NCBI GenBank assembly: GCA_037720205.1 | Contig: JBBJMG010000015.1 | Coordinates: forward strand, 9,853 to 73,852 | Length of the DNA: 64,000 bases | Origin: Pyrinomonadaceae bacterium | GTDB taxonomy: Bacteria > Acidobacteriota > Blastocatellia > Pyrinomonadales > Pyrinomonadaceae | Direction of reading: 5' to 3' | In this document: positions 39,526 to 49,359 of the stretch, piece by piece | How the letters are laid out: each line of letters opens with the position of its first letter | Position numbering within the stretch: position 1 is the first letter of the stretch | Notes under the pieces: model-generated | Seen by the model: the letters and a program-made list of their open reading frames with translations, nothing else | Databases searched by the model: none | Told to the model about the DNA's origin: nothing | Program-made: the position numbers and the translations under genes

Positions 39526-40884
39526 CTATTTTAACAGCAATCTGCCATTTGCCTTGGCGGCAAACGATCCTTGCTCATAAACTTTTGCGCCGCGTAGGTA
39601 GGTAGCTTCCACGACGCCGCGCAAATTCATTCCCGCATACGGTGTGACCTTATTCTTAAAATGAATGATCTCCGGCACAACTTTGAACTCTTTTTCGGGA
39701 CTCCAGACAACAATGTCCGCATCGTAGCCGATTTCAAGACGACCTTTTCGTTTGTCCAATTCAGCTAATCTGGCGGGCGCCACCGACATCCATTGCGTCA
39801 GGTGGCGCAAACCAAAACCCCGTTTTTCAATTTGCGTCCACATCACTGGCAAACTGAACTGCAAAGCCGCGATCCCGCCCCAAGCCTCAAGAAAATTCCC
39901 CTCTTCCATCAATTTCAGATCCGGAGTGCAGGGCGAATGGTCGGAGACAACCATATCGATCACACCGTCGGCGAGAGCCGCCCAAAGCAGTTCACGATTC
40001 TCGCGCTCGCGCACGGGTGGGCAACATTTAAAATGAGTTGCGCCCTCGGGAATTTCTTCCGCCGCAAAAGTCAGATAATGCGGACAGGTTTCAACCGTCA
40101 GCGGCAAACCTTCGTCACGAGCTGCTTTTAGCATCGGCAGAACATCCGAAGATGAATGATGCACAATGTGAACCCGCGCCCCGCTGGCACGGCAGAGGCG
40201 GATCATCAATTCAACTGCCTTATTTTCTGATTCTCGCGGACGCGATCGTAGAAATGTTTGATAATCCTGCGCGCTGGCACCGCTTAATTCCGCGGCGGCA
40301 TTTTCGATCGGTGCGGGCAATTCGGCATGGACCAGCAAAACAGAATTGTGTTTGGCCAGTTGCGGCATTGCTTCAAGCAAGTTTGTTTCGGTAACGTGGG
40401 GAAATTCATCAACTCCGGAATGCACTAAAAAGCATTTGAAGCCGCGTACGCCTGCGTTTAAAAGCGGTTTTAATTCATTCGTGTTGCCCGGAATGACGCC
40501 GCCCCAGAACGCCACGTCGATCCAGCATTGCCCTTTTGCCGCGGCGAGTTTTTGAGCAAACCCATCCGTCGTTGTAGTCGGCGGTATACTGTTGAGCGGC
40601 ATATCAACAAGCGTCGTAACACCGCCCGCCGCGCCGGCGCGCGTCGCCGTCGCAAAGCCTTCCCATTGTGTGCGTCCCGGTTCGTTGACGTGAACGTGCG
40701 AATCAATCAATCCCGCCATTATTACTGCATCGCCTGCATCGACCAACGGAACCGCCGGTTCTAATACTTGATCCCATTCGCCCAGTGCCACAATAACGCC
40801 GCTGCGAACATGCACAGAAGCCGGACCGATAATTTCCGGCATAACCACTCTCCGACTGCGAATAATTAGATCCAGCCTTTTCAT
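39526..40884 (-). CDS. allB: Allantoinase (cyclic amidohydrolase)
   Basis: DSHVHVNEPGRTQWEGFATATRAGAAGGVTTLVDMP metal-binding N-terminal signature. ATG at 40884 preferred to the upstream alternative start. Confidence 0.88.
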   Translation of the reverse strand: MKRLDLIIRSRRVVMPEIIGPASVHVRSGVIVALGEWDQVLEPAVPLVDAGDAVIMAGLIDSHVHVNEPGRTQWEGFATATRAGAAGGVTTLVDMPLNSIPPTTTTDGFAQKLAAAKGQCWIDVAFWGGVIPGNTNELKPLLNAGVRGFKCFLVHSGVDEFPHVTETNLLEAMPQLAKHNSVLLVHAELPAPIENAAAELSGASAQDYQTFLRSRPRESENKAVELMIRLCRASGARVHIVHHSSSDVLPMLKAARDEGLPLTVETCPHYLTFAAEEIPEGATHFKCCPPVRERENRELLWAALADGVIDMVVSDHSPCTPDLKLMEEGNFLEAWGGIAALQFSLPVMWTQIEKRGFGLRHLTQWMSVAPARLAELDKRKGRLEIGYDADIVVWSPEKEFKVVPEIIHFKNKVTPYAGMNLRGVVEATYLRGAKVYEQGSFAAKANGRLLLK

Positions 40885-41164
40885 ATTCAATCTATATAGA
40901 CGTGAACATATTGGGCAACCTGTCCCTTTCACCACCAGTATTAATTAAATGAGAAAGTCAATATTGACGAGAGATACTGTTCGATTCTGTCGGGGCGGAT
41001 TCATCACTGCAGTACATCACAATGTTCGCTCGACGGCAACCGGCTTCTGACCGTCAAAGCGATCATCGCAGCCCCTCCGGGCCTTATTATCTTTTTCGAT
41101 GTTGTGGGCGGTGGCTAGGCTAAGTCTAAAGTCTTAAGTCCTAAGTTCAGGATTAAAATGGCCG

Positions 41165-41290
41165 TTACTTTGGACGTACCTCCTCAGGCTCGAATGTCAC
41201 CTTGACTCGTGCGTTGAGCGCTTTGGCTAGGCGACGCAGGTTGGAAAGAGAATGCCCTGCGTAGGCCGGCGACTCGAGACGGCTGATTTG
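41165..41290 (-). pseudogene. 3' remnant of an XRE-family HTH (antitoxin-like) gene
   Basis: Minus-strand translation QISRLESPAYAGHSLSNLRRLAKALNARVKVTFEPEEVRPK* matches the recognition helix plus C-terminal part of XRE HTH proteins. A stop codon lies directly upstream and there is no N-terminal half. Confidence 0.4.
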
Positions 41291-41293
41291 CTA

Positions 41294-42010
41294 TCAAATG
41301 TCCATGCTTTGGGCTACGTAGACGGAATTGACGGATGTTGAGTTCGTGTACGGGTTGGGAAATTCAACGTTGTGGGCAGTGGCGGTGGCGAATGTTTGTC
41401 TTAGGTGAGCGGTGAATTCATCGCTGGCGGGGTCGTTGGACCATAAGGCGAAGGTGCCGTTTGGGTTTAGTTGGTTATGGATGGCGGTAAGGCCCTCCTG
41501 TGTGTAGAAGGACTTGTTTGATTGGTCGAGGTAGTGTTCGGGCGAGTGATCGATATCTAGCAGAACAGCGTCAAACTTTCGCTCTGGCGAATTGACCTCA
41601 AAGCCGGTGCGGGCCAGTTCGAAGAAATCGCCTTGGCGGAGCTCGCATCTAGGGTCGTTTGTGAGGATGGGGCCGAGCGGGACTAGGCCGGCTTGGTGCC
41701 AATCTATTACGGCTTGGAAGAGGTCGAGTACCAGCAGGCTGCGGACGCTTTTGTTTTTTAAGGCTTCGGCGGCGGTGTAGCCGAGGCCCAGGCCGCCGAT
41801 CACTACGTCGAGGTCGCCAGTGAGTGGGGCGAGGCCTAGGGTTGCTAGTTGTTGTTCGGCTTCGGTGAAGAGGCTCGACATCAGATACTCATCGCCGAGC
41901 TTGACCTCGAAAACTTCCTGGTTCTGCAAGAGCGGCTCCGGCCGCCGGCGAAGCGTCAGCTCACCAAGCGGCGTCATTTGATACCCGAGTTCCTCTACTT
42001 TTACAATCAC
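41294..42010 (-). CDS. Spermidine-synthase-like SAM-dependent transferase
   Basis: GGLGLGYTA SAM-binding motif and DAVLLDIDHSP motif typical of spermine/spermidine synthase-like proteins. Confidence 0.7.
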   Translation of the reverse strand: MIVKVEELGYQMTPLGELTLRRRPEPLLQNQEVFEVKLGDEYLMSSLFTEAEQQLATLGLAPLTGDLDVVIGGLGLGYTAAEALKNKSVRSLLVLDLFQAVIDWHQAGLVPLGPILTNDPRCELRQGDFFELARTGFEVNSPERKFDAVLLDIDHSPEHYLDQSNKSFYTQEGLTAIHNQLNPNGTFALWSNDPASDEFTAHLRQTFATATAHNVEFPNPYTNSTSVNSVYVAQSMDI

Positions 42011-42115
42011 CGCAAATCCCGGATCTTATTCAATGTTCACGTTTATACCCTCAACCGGGAACTAATCATTGATATCTTACGTTTAGATAGCTGAATCCGC
42101 CATTCAATAAAAGCT

Positions 42116-43645
42116 ATGAAAAGTTTACTTATAACGACTCTCGTCAGTCTCGTCCTTTGTCCGCTATCAGCTCTTGCTCAGCGAGCGGCTCCGATTTCGG
42201 AGAAAGAATTTGCGAGTGATCTCGATACGTTCATTCAGCGGACGATGCTCACCATGCCCGAGCTGCCGAGCGTCGCTATGGTCGTCGTCAAGGACGACAA
42301 GCCGATATTTATTAAGGCGTACGGGCTGGCAAGCAAAGAGACGGGCACCAAGGCCGACGCCAATACCTTGTATTACATAGCTTCGTCGACCAAATCGTAC
42401 ATGGCGCTCGCCGCGACACTCCTCGACCGCGAGGGCAAGATCAAGCTCAGCGACCCGGTCACGAAATACGCCAAAGGCGTGACGTTTAAATCGCCGATTC
42501 CGGACAAAGTCACCGTCCGCGATCTGCTGACGCACACCACCGGTCTGCGGAACAGTCCGCTAGTCTGGCGCACGGCGTACTCAGGTGATATCGACGATAA
42601 AGAGATACTGCGGATCTTTGGCGAGGGCACGACATACACCGAACAAAACTACGGGAAGTACGCGTACACCAACGTCGGATACAACATTTACTCACTGCTG
42701 GTCCAGCAGTCGCTCGGCAAGAAATGGCAGGATGTGCTGCAGGATAGAGTATTCAAGCCACTTGGCATGAAGCAGACGACTGCATACGTCTCGAAGGCCC
42801 GTGCGGCCAAGCTCGCGTTGGCCGATTCCTATTTATTCAGCGGCGACGCAAATGCGATCGTCCGGTCGCCTATCGACAAACAGGACAACAATATGCAGGC
42901 CGCCGGTGGCATCTTAACCAGCCTCAACGATCTCAGTCGCTGGCTGAGCGTCAATATGAACAACGGCAAGCTCGATGGCAAGCAGGTGATTCCGGCAGAT
43001 GTGATGCAGATGGTACACACCGGTTACACCGACGTGCTGCGCGAGGAAGGGCCGTTCACCGGAAACGGTAAATACGGACTCGGGTGGCAGATCGGCAAAT
43101 ATCGCGACGAGAATGTGGTCTCGCACCATGGGGGATATTCGGGATGGAGCAGCCACATCTCGTACATGCCCGACAAGAAGATCGGCGTTGCGGTGATGAT
43201 AAATGAGAGCACCGCGGGCGGCCGTATCGGTCACCTGCTCGCGACCTACGCCTACGACAGGTGGCTCGGCACGGACACCAACGAGAGCTACGCCAAACAG
43301 CTCGATGCCATCACCACGCAGTACGGCAAGATGAAACAGGGTTATGTAGACTCGGTCCGCAGTCGGGCGAGCCGGGCATCGCAACTCTCGAAACCACTTG
43401 CCGAATACACCGGGAGATACACGAGCGACATGCTCGGCACCATTGATGTCGCAGTTGAAAAAGAAACGCTCGGGATACGGATGGGATATGTGCGGGTTGT
43501 ATCCACGCCCTTCACCGAAAAGGAAACGATACGGGTGGAAATGACTCCGGGGCAGGGCGAAACCATCAGATTTGGAATGGGTGCTGACGGTAAGGTCGAT
43601 TCTTTGACGTATGCGGGGATGAAATTTACAAGGGTCATTCGCTAA
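42116..43645 (+). CDS. Serine hydrolase of the beta-lactamase/PBP4* family (secreted)
   Basis: Signal peptide. SxxK motif (ASSTKSY). YxN-like YTNVGYN. 509 aa with a C-terminal lipocalin-like extension. Confidence 0.85.
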   Translation: MKSLLITTLVSLVLCPLSALAQRAAPISEKEFASDLDTFIQRTMLTMPELPSVAMVVVKDDKPIFIKAYGLASKETGTKADANTLYYIASSTKSYMALAATLLDREGKIKLSDPVTKYAKGVTFKSPIPDKVTVRDLLTHTTGLRNSPLVWRTAYSGDIDDKEILRIFGEGTTYTEQNYGKYAYTNVGYNIYSLLVQQSLGKKWQDVLQDRVFKPLGMKQTTAYVSKARAAKLALADSYLFSGDANAIVRSPIDKQDNNMQAAGGILTSLNDLSRWLSVNMNNGKLDGKQVIPADVMQMVHTGYTDVLREEGPFTGNGKYGLGWQIGKYRDENVVSHHGGYSGWSSHISYMPDKKIGVAVMINESTAGGRIGHLLATYAYDRWLGTDTNESYAKQLDAITTQYGKMKQGYVDSVRSRASRASQLSKPLAEYTGRYTSDMLGTIDVAVEKETLGIRMGYVRVVSTPFTEKETIRVEMTPGQGETIRFGMGADGKVDSLTYAGMKFTRVIR

Positions 43646-43699
43646 AACCATAGACTAATGGCGGGGCCGACGGCATTCTGCTAACGTTTAATCAACGTT

Positions 43700-45679
43700 A
43701 TGAATATCGTCTCGCTCGAAAATGTTTCGAAGAACTACGGTTTTCGGCCGCTCTTTGAGCGTGTTACCCTCGGCCTGGAGGACCGCGACAAGATCGGAAT
43801 AATCGGGGCAAACGGCTCGGGCAAAACGACGCTTTTACGCATCATCGCAGGTATCGAGGAGCCCGATACGGGCCGGGTCGTTCGTGCAAAAGGCAAATCA
43901 CTCGCCTATCTCTCCCAGAATCCACCGTACGATGAAAAGCTGACCGTCCTCGAGACGATCTTTGCGTCGAGCAGCGGCGTGATGCAGACGATCCGCGATT
44001 ATGAGGACGTTTGTCATGATCTGGCCGGCGGGAAGAACGACACGGCGACTCTCGAGCGGATGTCCGAGCTCCAGCACGAACTAGAAATGAGCGGCGGATG
44101 GGAGATCGAGGCAAACGCCCGTGCTGTCTTGACACGTCTCGACATCACGGACACTCACGCTAAGATGGGCACGCTTTCGGGCGGCCAGCGAAAGCGCGTC
44201 GCCCTCGCCCACGAGCTGATCTTCAAACCTGACATCCTAATCCTCGACGAGCCGACTAACCATCTCGACGCGGACACGATCGAGTGGCTCGAATCCTATC
44301 TCGCACGCTACACCGGCGTGCTGCTGCTCGTCACACACGACCGCTATTTCCTTGATCGTGTGACTGATCGTATCTTCGAGGTCGACCGCGGGACCGTACA
44401 GAATTTCAGTGGAAACTACGCCTACTATCTCGAGAAAAAAACAGAACAGGAAACGCTCCGTGAGGTTGAGGGCCACAAACGCGACCAGCTCATAAAAAAG
44501 GAGCTTGCATGGCTGCGTCGCGGTGCCAAGGCACGCACGCGTAAATCCAAACATCGTATCGAGGCGGCCCACACGCTGATGGCTCTGCCTAGGGAACAGG
44601 CGAAAGGCGAGGTCGATATCGCCATCGGTTCGAAACGCCTTGGCTCAAAGGTCATCGAATTGAGCGGCGTCTCGAAATCGTACGGCCAGAATAAGCTGAT
44701 CAACGATTTCACCTACCTGGTAAAGCGCGACGACCGCATCGGTGTCATTGGTGCGAACGGCAGCGGTAAAACGACTATGCTTGATATGATCACGGGCCGA
44801 GTTGCTCCTGACGCGGGGGAGATCGAAATCGGCCAGACGGTACACATCGGATATTACGATCAGGAAAGCCGTGCCCTGAATGATGAGCAACGCGTCATCG
44901 ACTATATCCGCGATGTCGCCGAATACGTCACTACCAACGAGGGCGTGCAGATAACAGCGGGCAAGATGCTCGAACGATTTCTCTTTACGCCCGCGGCCCA
45001 ATACGCCGTCATCGGCAATCTCTCGGGCGGCGAGCGGCGAAGGTTATATTTGTTAAGAATTCTGATGGGCTCGCCCAACGTACTGCTGCTCGATGAGCCC
45101 ACGAACGATCTCGACATCCCCACACTCATCGCCCTCGAAGAATACCTGGACGAGTTTGCGGGTGCGCTCATCGTCGTGAGCCATGACCGCTACTTTCTAG
45201 ATCGCACAATCGAAAACATATTCAAATTCGAGCCCGGCGGCGAAGTCCGCGAATACCCCGGCGATTACACCGCCTATCTCGAAGCCCAAGCCCGTGTCAA
45301 CACCGCAGGCCCGGGCGGCTCGGTCAGTCAAGCGGCGCCGGCTGGTCTTGTAAAAACCGGTAACGATAGTAACCGGAGCAATTCCTCGACGCCCGCTCCT
45401 GTCCGTGTTGCGAGCGTTGGCGAGCGGGTTATTCAAACCGTGGCGGCTCCTAAGCCAAAACAAAAAAAACTAACCTTTAAAGAGCAGCGCGAGTTCGAGG
45501 CCCTCGAACAGCGAATCGCAAAAGCAGAGATACGCTTGCCTAAGATCGAGAATGAGTTGGCCGTCGCCGCGAGTGACGCCGGCCGGGTTCATGAACTATT
45601 TGTTGAACAACAAAACCTTATAGGAACGTTAGACAATGATATGAATCGATGGTCCGAGTTGGCGGAGCGGGCCGAATAG
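43700..45679 (+). CDS. ABC-F family ATPase (Uup-like)
   Basis: Two cassettes (GANGSGKTT twice; LSGGQRKRV and LSGGERRRL) and a C-terminal coiled coil. Confidence 0.9.
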   Translation: MNIVSLENVSKNYGFRPLFERVTLGLEDRDKIGIIGANGSGKTTLLRIIAGIEEPDTGRVVRAKGKSLAYLSQNPPYDEKLTVLETIFASSSGVMQTIRDYEDVCHDLAGGKNDTATLERMSELQHELEMSGGWEIEANARAVLTRLDITDTHAKMGTLSGGQRKRVALAHELIFKPDILILDEPTNHLDADTIEWLESYLARYTGVLLLVTHDRYFLDRVTDRIFEVDRGTVQNFSGNYAYYLEKKTEQETLREVEGHKRDQLIKKELAWLRRGAKARTRKSKHRIEAAHTLMALPREQAKGEVDIAIGSKRLGSKVIELSGVSKSYGQNKLINDFTYLVKRDDRIGVIGANGSGKTTMLDMITGRVAPDAGEIEIGQTVHIGYYDQESRALNDEQRVIDYIRDVAEYVTTNEGVQITAGKMLERFLFTPAAQYAVIGNLSGGERRRLYLLRILMGSPNVLLLDEPTNDLDIPTLIALEEYLDEFAGALIVVSHDRYFLDRTIENIFKFEPGGEVREYPGDYTAYLEAQARVNTAGPGGSVSQAAPAGLVKTGNDSNRSNSSTPAPVRVASVGERVIQTVAAPKPKQKKLTFKEQREFEALEQRIAKAEIRLPKIENELAVAASDAGRVHELFVEQQNLIGTLDNDMNRWSELAERAE

Positions 45680-45786
45680 TAAGAGAACACGCACGCCGGT
45701 GAGTTACGATCGAGCTTCTAGAGATGCCGCCCTTCTCCATGGCAGTTACCCGATCAATCAAGCAGAGTCGGCGCGTCTGGCAAACA

Positions 45787-46359
45787 CTATACTCTTAGCG
45801 AACCACGAAACGCTCTTGCTCCATAATACGATTCTGCACCGTTGTGATAGATGAACACACGGCCGAAGCGGTAATCGCCGAAGATGGCTCCGCCGAGTTC
45901 TCTGATTTCAGGCGGCGTTCGGAGCCAGCTTGAGGTTTTTGTATCGAAATCTCCGAGTTTTTGCAGCTCCTGATACTCCTCCTCAGTTAATAGCTCGATA
46001 CCCATTTCGGCAGCCATTCCCGTGGCGCTGTGTTTCGGCTTATGCTCTTTCCGCGATTCCAGCGCAGCAACGTCATAGCAAAAGCTTCTGCGGCCTTTGG
46101 GACTTTCCGCTGAACAATCGACGAAGCGGTATTCGCCGGTCTTCTTGTCAAACTCAACAACATCCGGTTCGCCCCCCGTCCTCTCCATTTCGCCGAGCGC
46201 CCACAGTTTCTCAGCTTCTGGTTCCAGCCTTGCCTGAACTTTCGCCCACTCTAGACCTTTATGGCGGTGTTCATTTTCCTCAAAACGCGCCTTCAGCTCT
46301 CTGAGTAGTTCGTCACGGTGTTCGGGTGGTAACTCGTTTCTAATGCTCGAAGTTTTCAT
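45787..46359 (-). CDS. DUF4256-like protein
   Basis: Recalled similarity to the DUF4256 family (MKTSSIRNELPPEHRDELLRELKARFE...). ATG at 46359. Confidence 0.55.
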   Translation of the reverse strand: MKTSSIRNELPPEHRDELLRELKARFEENEHRHKGLEWAKVQARLEPEAEKLWALGEMERTGGEPDVVEFDKKTGEYRFVDCSAESPKGRRSFCYDVAALESRKEHKPKHSATGMAAEMGIELLTEEEYQELQKLGDFDTKTSSWLRTPPEIRELGGAIFGDYRFGRVFIYHNGAESYYGARAFRGSLRV

Positions 46360-46633
46360 ATATTCATAGATTATTAGAGGTGCGTGCAACCACCTCTGAA
46401 TGGTTTGATCTTACTACGAAACCGAATTGATGCGAATGGAGTCGGCGATACTAAGGGAGGCGGCTGCGGTCGTTTTAGGGTCAGAAGTTTTTGTGGCTCT
46501 CGGAGCCGGGCAGCTGATGTAATCAAAAACGATGGCCCTTTTGCGGCCGGCTGAGCCTCGCTCATTCCCGCCTGACGCGTAATTATCTATTCCCACGATA
46601 TTTCTGCTCCTGCTTAGGCGGCCCCCCAATTCG

Positions 46634-46957
46634 ATGAAACAAATATTGTTCGGATCGCTGGTCTTGTGCGTCGCTATTCTCTTAAGCAGCACCCCTGGCA
46701 GGGCTCAGGATCGCGGAGTACTTCACTCGGTCGCCGCCGGTAGCAGCAAAGTCGCGGTGGTGGTCGTATCATCCGCCGCGAAATCGGTGTGGGTCGTTAC
46801 TAAATTCTCGGCAAGGCACATTGCGCGGCCGGTTGCCAGGGCTGTTTTATTGAGAGCACCCGAGTATGTATTACGAACCGCTGGATATAGCCTGCGAAAA
46901 GGCATTCCGGCAGCGGGTAAGATTGGGCTGATCTATTTGAAAACCAAGCTGCCGTAA
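46634..46957 (+). CDS. Small hypothetical secreted protein
   Basis: Signal peptide ending GRAQD. No family recognised. Confidence 0.35.
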   Translation: MKQILFGSLVLCVAILLSSTPGRAQDRGVLHSVAAGSSKVAVVVVSSAAKSVWVVTKFSARHIARPVARAVLLRAPEYVLRTAGYSLRKGIPAAGKIGLIYLKTKLP

Positions 46958-46984
46958 AACTGCCAAAGCCAGCGCCTATCAATT

Positions 46985-47596
46985 TTAGGCGGCTACGAAC
47001 GTATTGTAGTCTGCTATGGCGGAATTGATTATTTGATAGCTTTCTTCGCGGCCGTACGTGGAAGCGATTTCGCAGACGCTTGGCTCGCCCGGCAGTGTTT
47101 TGTAAGTAAGAAAATAGTGTTCGAATCGCCTGAGGATGCCGGTGGGCAGCTCGGCGATTTCTTTGTATTGCTCGAATACCTTGTCGCCCTTGAGTACGGC
47201 AATGATTTTGTCGTCGGCCTCGCCAGCGTCGAGAAGGCAGAATCCGCCGATCGGGCGCGCCTTTAGAATTATGTCCCCGCGAGGGATGTGGTGCTCGCTG
47301 AGGACGAGGATATCGAGCGGATCGCCATCGCCATCGGAAATAGTTTTGTCCGTTTTTGTTCGTGCGATCCTGGCGATATTCTCGCCGCAATACGTGCGTG
47401 GGATGAAGCCGTAATTCGCCGGAACCACATTGGAGTATTGCTGCGGTCGGTCGATCTTCAGATATCCCGTCTCTTTATCAACCTCATATTTGACAGTGTC
47501 CTGCGGCACGATCTCGACGAATACCGTCACCGTCTCAGGAGACTCGTCAGCGATCGCGATACCGTGCCACGGGTGGGCTTTGTTTGTACGAAACAT
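46985..47596 (-). CDS. ppa: Inorganic pyrophosphatase (family I)
   Basis: DGDGDPLDILVL and the Y/K/E active-site pattern of family I PPases. Confidence 0.9.
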   Translation of the reverse strand: MFRTNKAHPWHGIAIADESPETVTVFVEIVPQDTVKYEVDKETGYLKIDRPQQYSNVVPANYGFIPRTYCGENIARIARTKTDKTISDGDGDPLDILVLSEHHIPRGDIILKARPIGGFCLLDAGEADDKIIAVLKGDKVFEQYKEIAELPTGILRRFEHYFLTYKTLPGEPSVCEIASTYGREESYQIINSAIADYNTFVAA

Positions 47597-47625
47597 ACCG
47601 CATATTATTAGGTTGGTCCCGAGAA

Positions 47626-48213
47626 ATGTCGAATTCCATTCAAAATGAAACCATCGGTACGGCCCTGGTCATTCGGTTTTGCCGACCGGAGATTCGTAAT
47701 CCATTGTCGGTTGAAGTACTTGGCGAATTGACGGTGATTCTGGCGTCTTTGGGAGCAATCGAAAAGGTAGTTTTCACGGGCAAGGACGGCGTTTTCGCGT
47801 CGGGAGCTAATCTTAAAGAAATAGCTGCAGTTTCGCCAGCCGAGGCCCATGCCTTTGCTATTCGGGGCCAGAAACTGATGAAAATGGTATCCGATTTGAC
47901 CGTGACGACGGTCGCGGCGGTGAATGGTGTCTGCTTTGGCGGGGCACTTGATCTGGCGATTTCTTGTGACCGACGGGTTGCCTCGTCCGATGCGGAATTC
48001 GGTCATCCGGGTGTCGGGCTCGGGATTATTACGGGCTGGGGCGGAACGCAGCGACTGCCGCGACTAATCGGCGAGGCCGCCACCCTTGAGATGTTTTTGA
48101 CGGCGGAACGAATTAACGCGGCCGAAGCTCTGAGGCTGGGGTTGATCGATAAGGTCTGCGAAGATCCCGTCCGTGATTCGCTGGCAGACTCAGACCCAAC
48201 ACCTGCATCATAA
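47626..48213 (+). CDS. Short enoyl-CoA hydratase/isomerase (crotonase) family protein
   Basis: Crotonase core (FASGANLKE, CFGGALDLAISCD). Only about 196 aa, so the usual C-terminal helical region appears absent. ATG at 47626. Confidence 0.7.
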   Translation: MSNSIQNETIGTALVIRFCRPEIRNPLSVEVLGELTVILASLGAIEKVVFTGKDGVFASGANLKEIAAVSPAEAHAFAIRGQKLMKMVSDLTVTTVAAVNGVCFGGALDLAISCDRRVASSDAEFGHPGVGLGIITGWGGTQRLPRLIGEAATLEMFLTAERINAAEALRLGLIDKVCEDPVRDSLADSDPTPAS

Positions 48214-48917
48214 TGTGGATGAGAAATTACATTTTGCTGATGGCTCTGGTTTTGGCGACGGCCCTGTCCGGATGCCGGTTCGCCGAGATGTCATCGGCCG
48301 AACCCCCGATCGAGGCAACGCCGACTCCCGCCGACAGCGTCGACCGGAGAACAAGCGAGCCGTATACCGGCGACCTTTCTATTTTTGAAGATACAGACCG
48401 CGAGAAAAACCTTCAGATCGATCGTGTGATGGATATTTTGAAGATCGGTGACGGCCAGGGTGTTGCCGATATTGGTGCCGGGTCTGGCTGGTTTACGGTC
48501 AGGGCCGCTCGCCGCGCAGGCCCCAAAGGTAAAGTATTTGCCGTGGAGATAAATCAGGAATACATCAACCACATTAGCGAACGGGCGAAGGCTGAGGGTC
48601 TAACGAACATCCAGACTGTGCTTGGAAAATTTGATGATCCGATGCTGCCTAAAAGCTCCGTCGAAGCGGTCTTGATTTTGAAAACGTATCATGAGATCGG
48701 CGAGCCGATTAGATTTCTCAAGGCTCTCAGGCCGGCGGTAAAGAAGGGCGGCCTGGTCGGAATCATCGACCGAAATGGCACGGGCGACGATCACGGTATC
48801 GAAAAGGAACAGGTAATCGGCGAGGCCAAGCGTGCTGGTTTCAAGCTCAAAGAAGAGTTCGATTTTGTGAAACCAGACGGGATGGACTATTTTTTAGTTT
48901 TCACTGTCAGCAAATAG
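48213..48917 (+). CDS. Class I SAM-dependent methyltransferase lipoprotein
   Basis: Lipobox LSGC. Motif I VADIGAGSGWF. Start overlaps the stop of the upstream gene (TAATG). Confidence 0.8.
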   Translation: MWMRNYILLMALVLATALSGCRFAEMSSAEPPIEATPTPADSVDRRTSEPYTGDLSIFEDTDREKNLQIDRVMDILKIGDGQGVADIGAGSGWFTVRAARRAGPKGKVFAVEINQEYINHISERAKAEGLTNIQTVLGKFDDPMLPKSSVEAVLILKTYHEIGEPIRFLKALRPAVKKGGLVGIIDRNGTGDDHGIEKEQVIGEAKRAGFKLKEEFDFVKPDGMDYFLVFTVSK

Positions 48918-48919
48918 AT

Positions 48920-49264
48920 ATGAAAGTTTCGCTGCTCAAACTTGCTCATGCCCGTTCGGGTGATAAAGGCGATACGGCAAATGTCGGTTTGATCGCACTC
49001 AATGACGATTACTATCCGCTGTTGGTTCGCGAGGTCACGGCTGAGAACGTCAAAAAGCATTTCGGTCCGATTGTTAGGGGCGGCGTAGAACGTTTTGAGC
49101 TGCCAAACCTCAAGGCCCTGAATTTTCTTCTGCACGAATCCCTCGGCGGCGGCGGCACGCGGTCGCTTATGACGGACGCTCAGGGTAAGACGTTCTCAAC
49201 CGCACTTCTCCGAATGAATATTGAGATTTCGCCTGAAGAGGCTTCGGCCCTGGGCCTTGCTTAG
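48920..49264 (+). CDS. AtuA C-terminal (ferredoxin-fold)-like domain protein, stand-alone
   Basis: LAHARSGDKGDTANVG motif, recalled from the C-terminal domain of AtuA-family proteins. 114 aa. Confidence 0.5.
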   Translation: MKVSLLKLAHARSGDKGDTANVGLIALNDDYYPLLVREVTAENVKKHFGPIVRGGVERFELPNLKALNFLLHESLGGGGTRSLMTDAQGKTFSTALLRMNIEISPEEASALGLA

Positions 49265-49359
49265 CGTTACCGTCCGAGACATGTCCACGCCCTCGCGATA
49301 ATCGGCCATTCTGATTTACAATAATCGTGATTTCTCGATCAGATTATTTGGAGGGCTGC

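Noticed and set aside
40936-41160. Short ctaagt/cttaag iterations (ggctaggctaagtctaaagtcttaagtcctaagttcagg) upstream of the purine operon.
   Set aside because: Very short, low-complexity and imperfect. I cannot distinguish it from chance or ordinary promoter-region AT-rich sequence.
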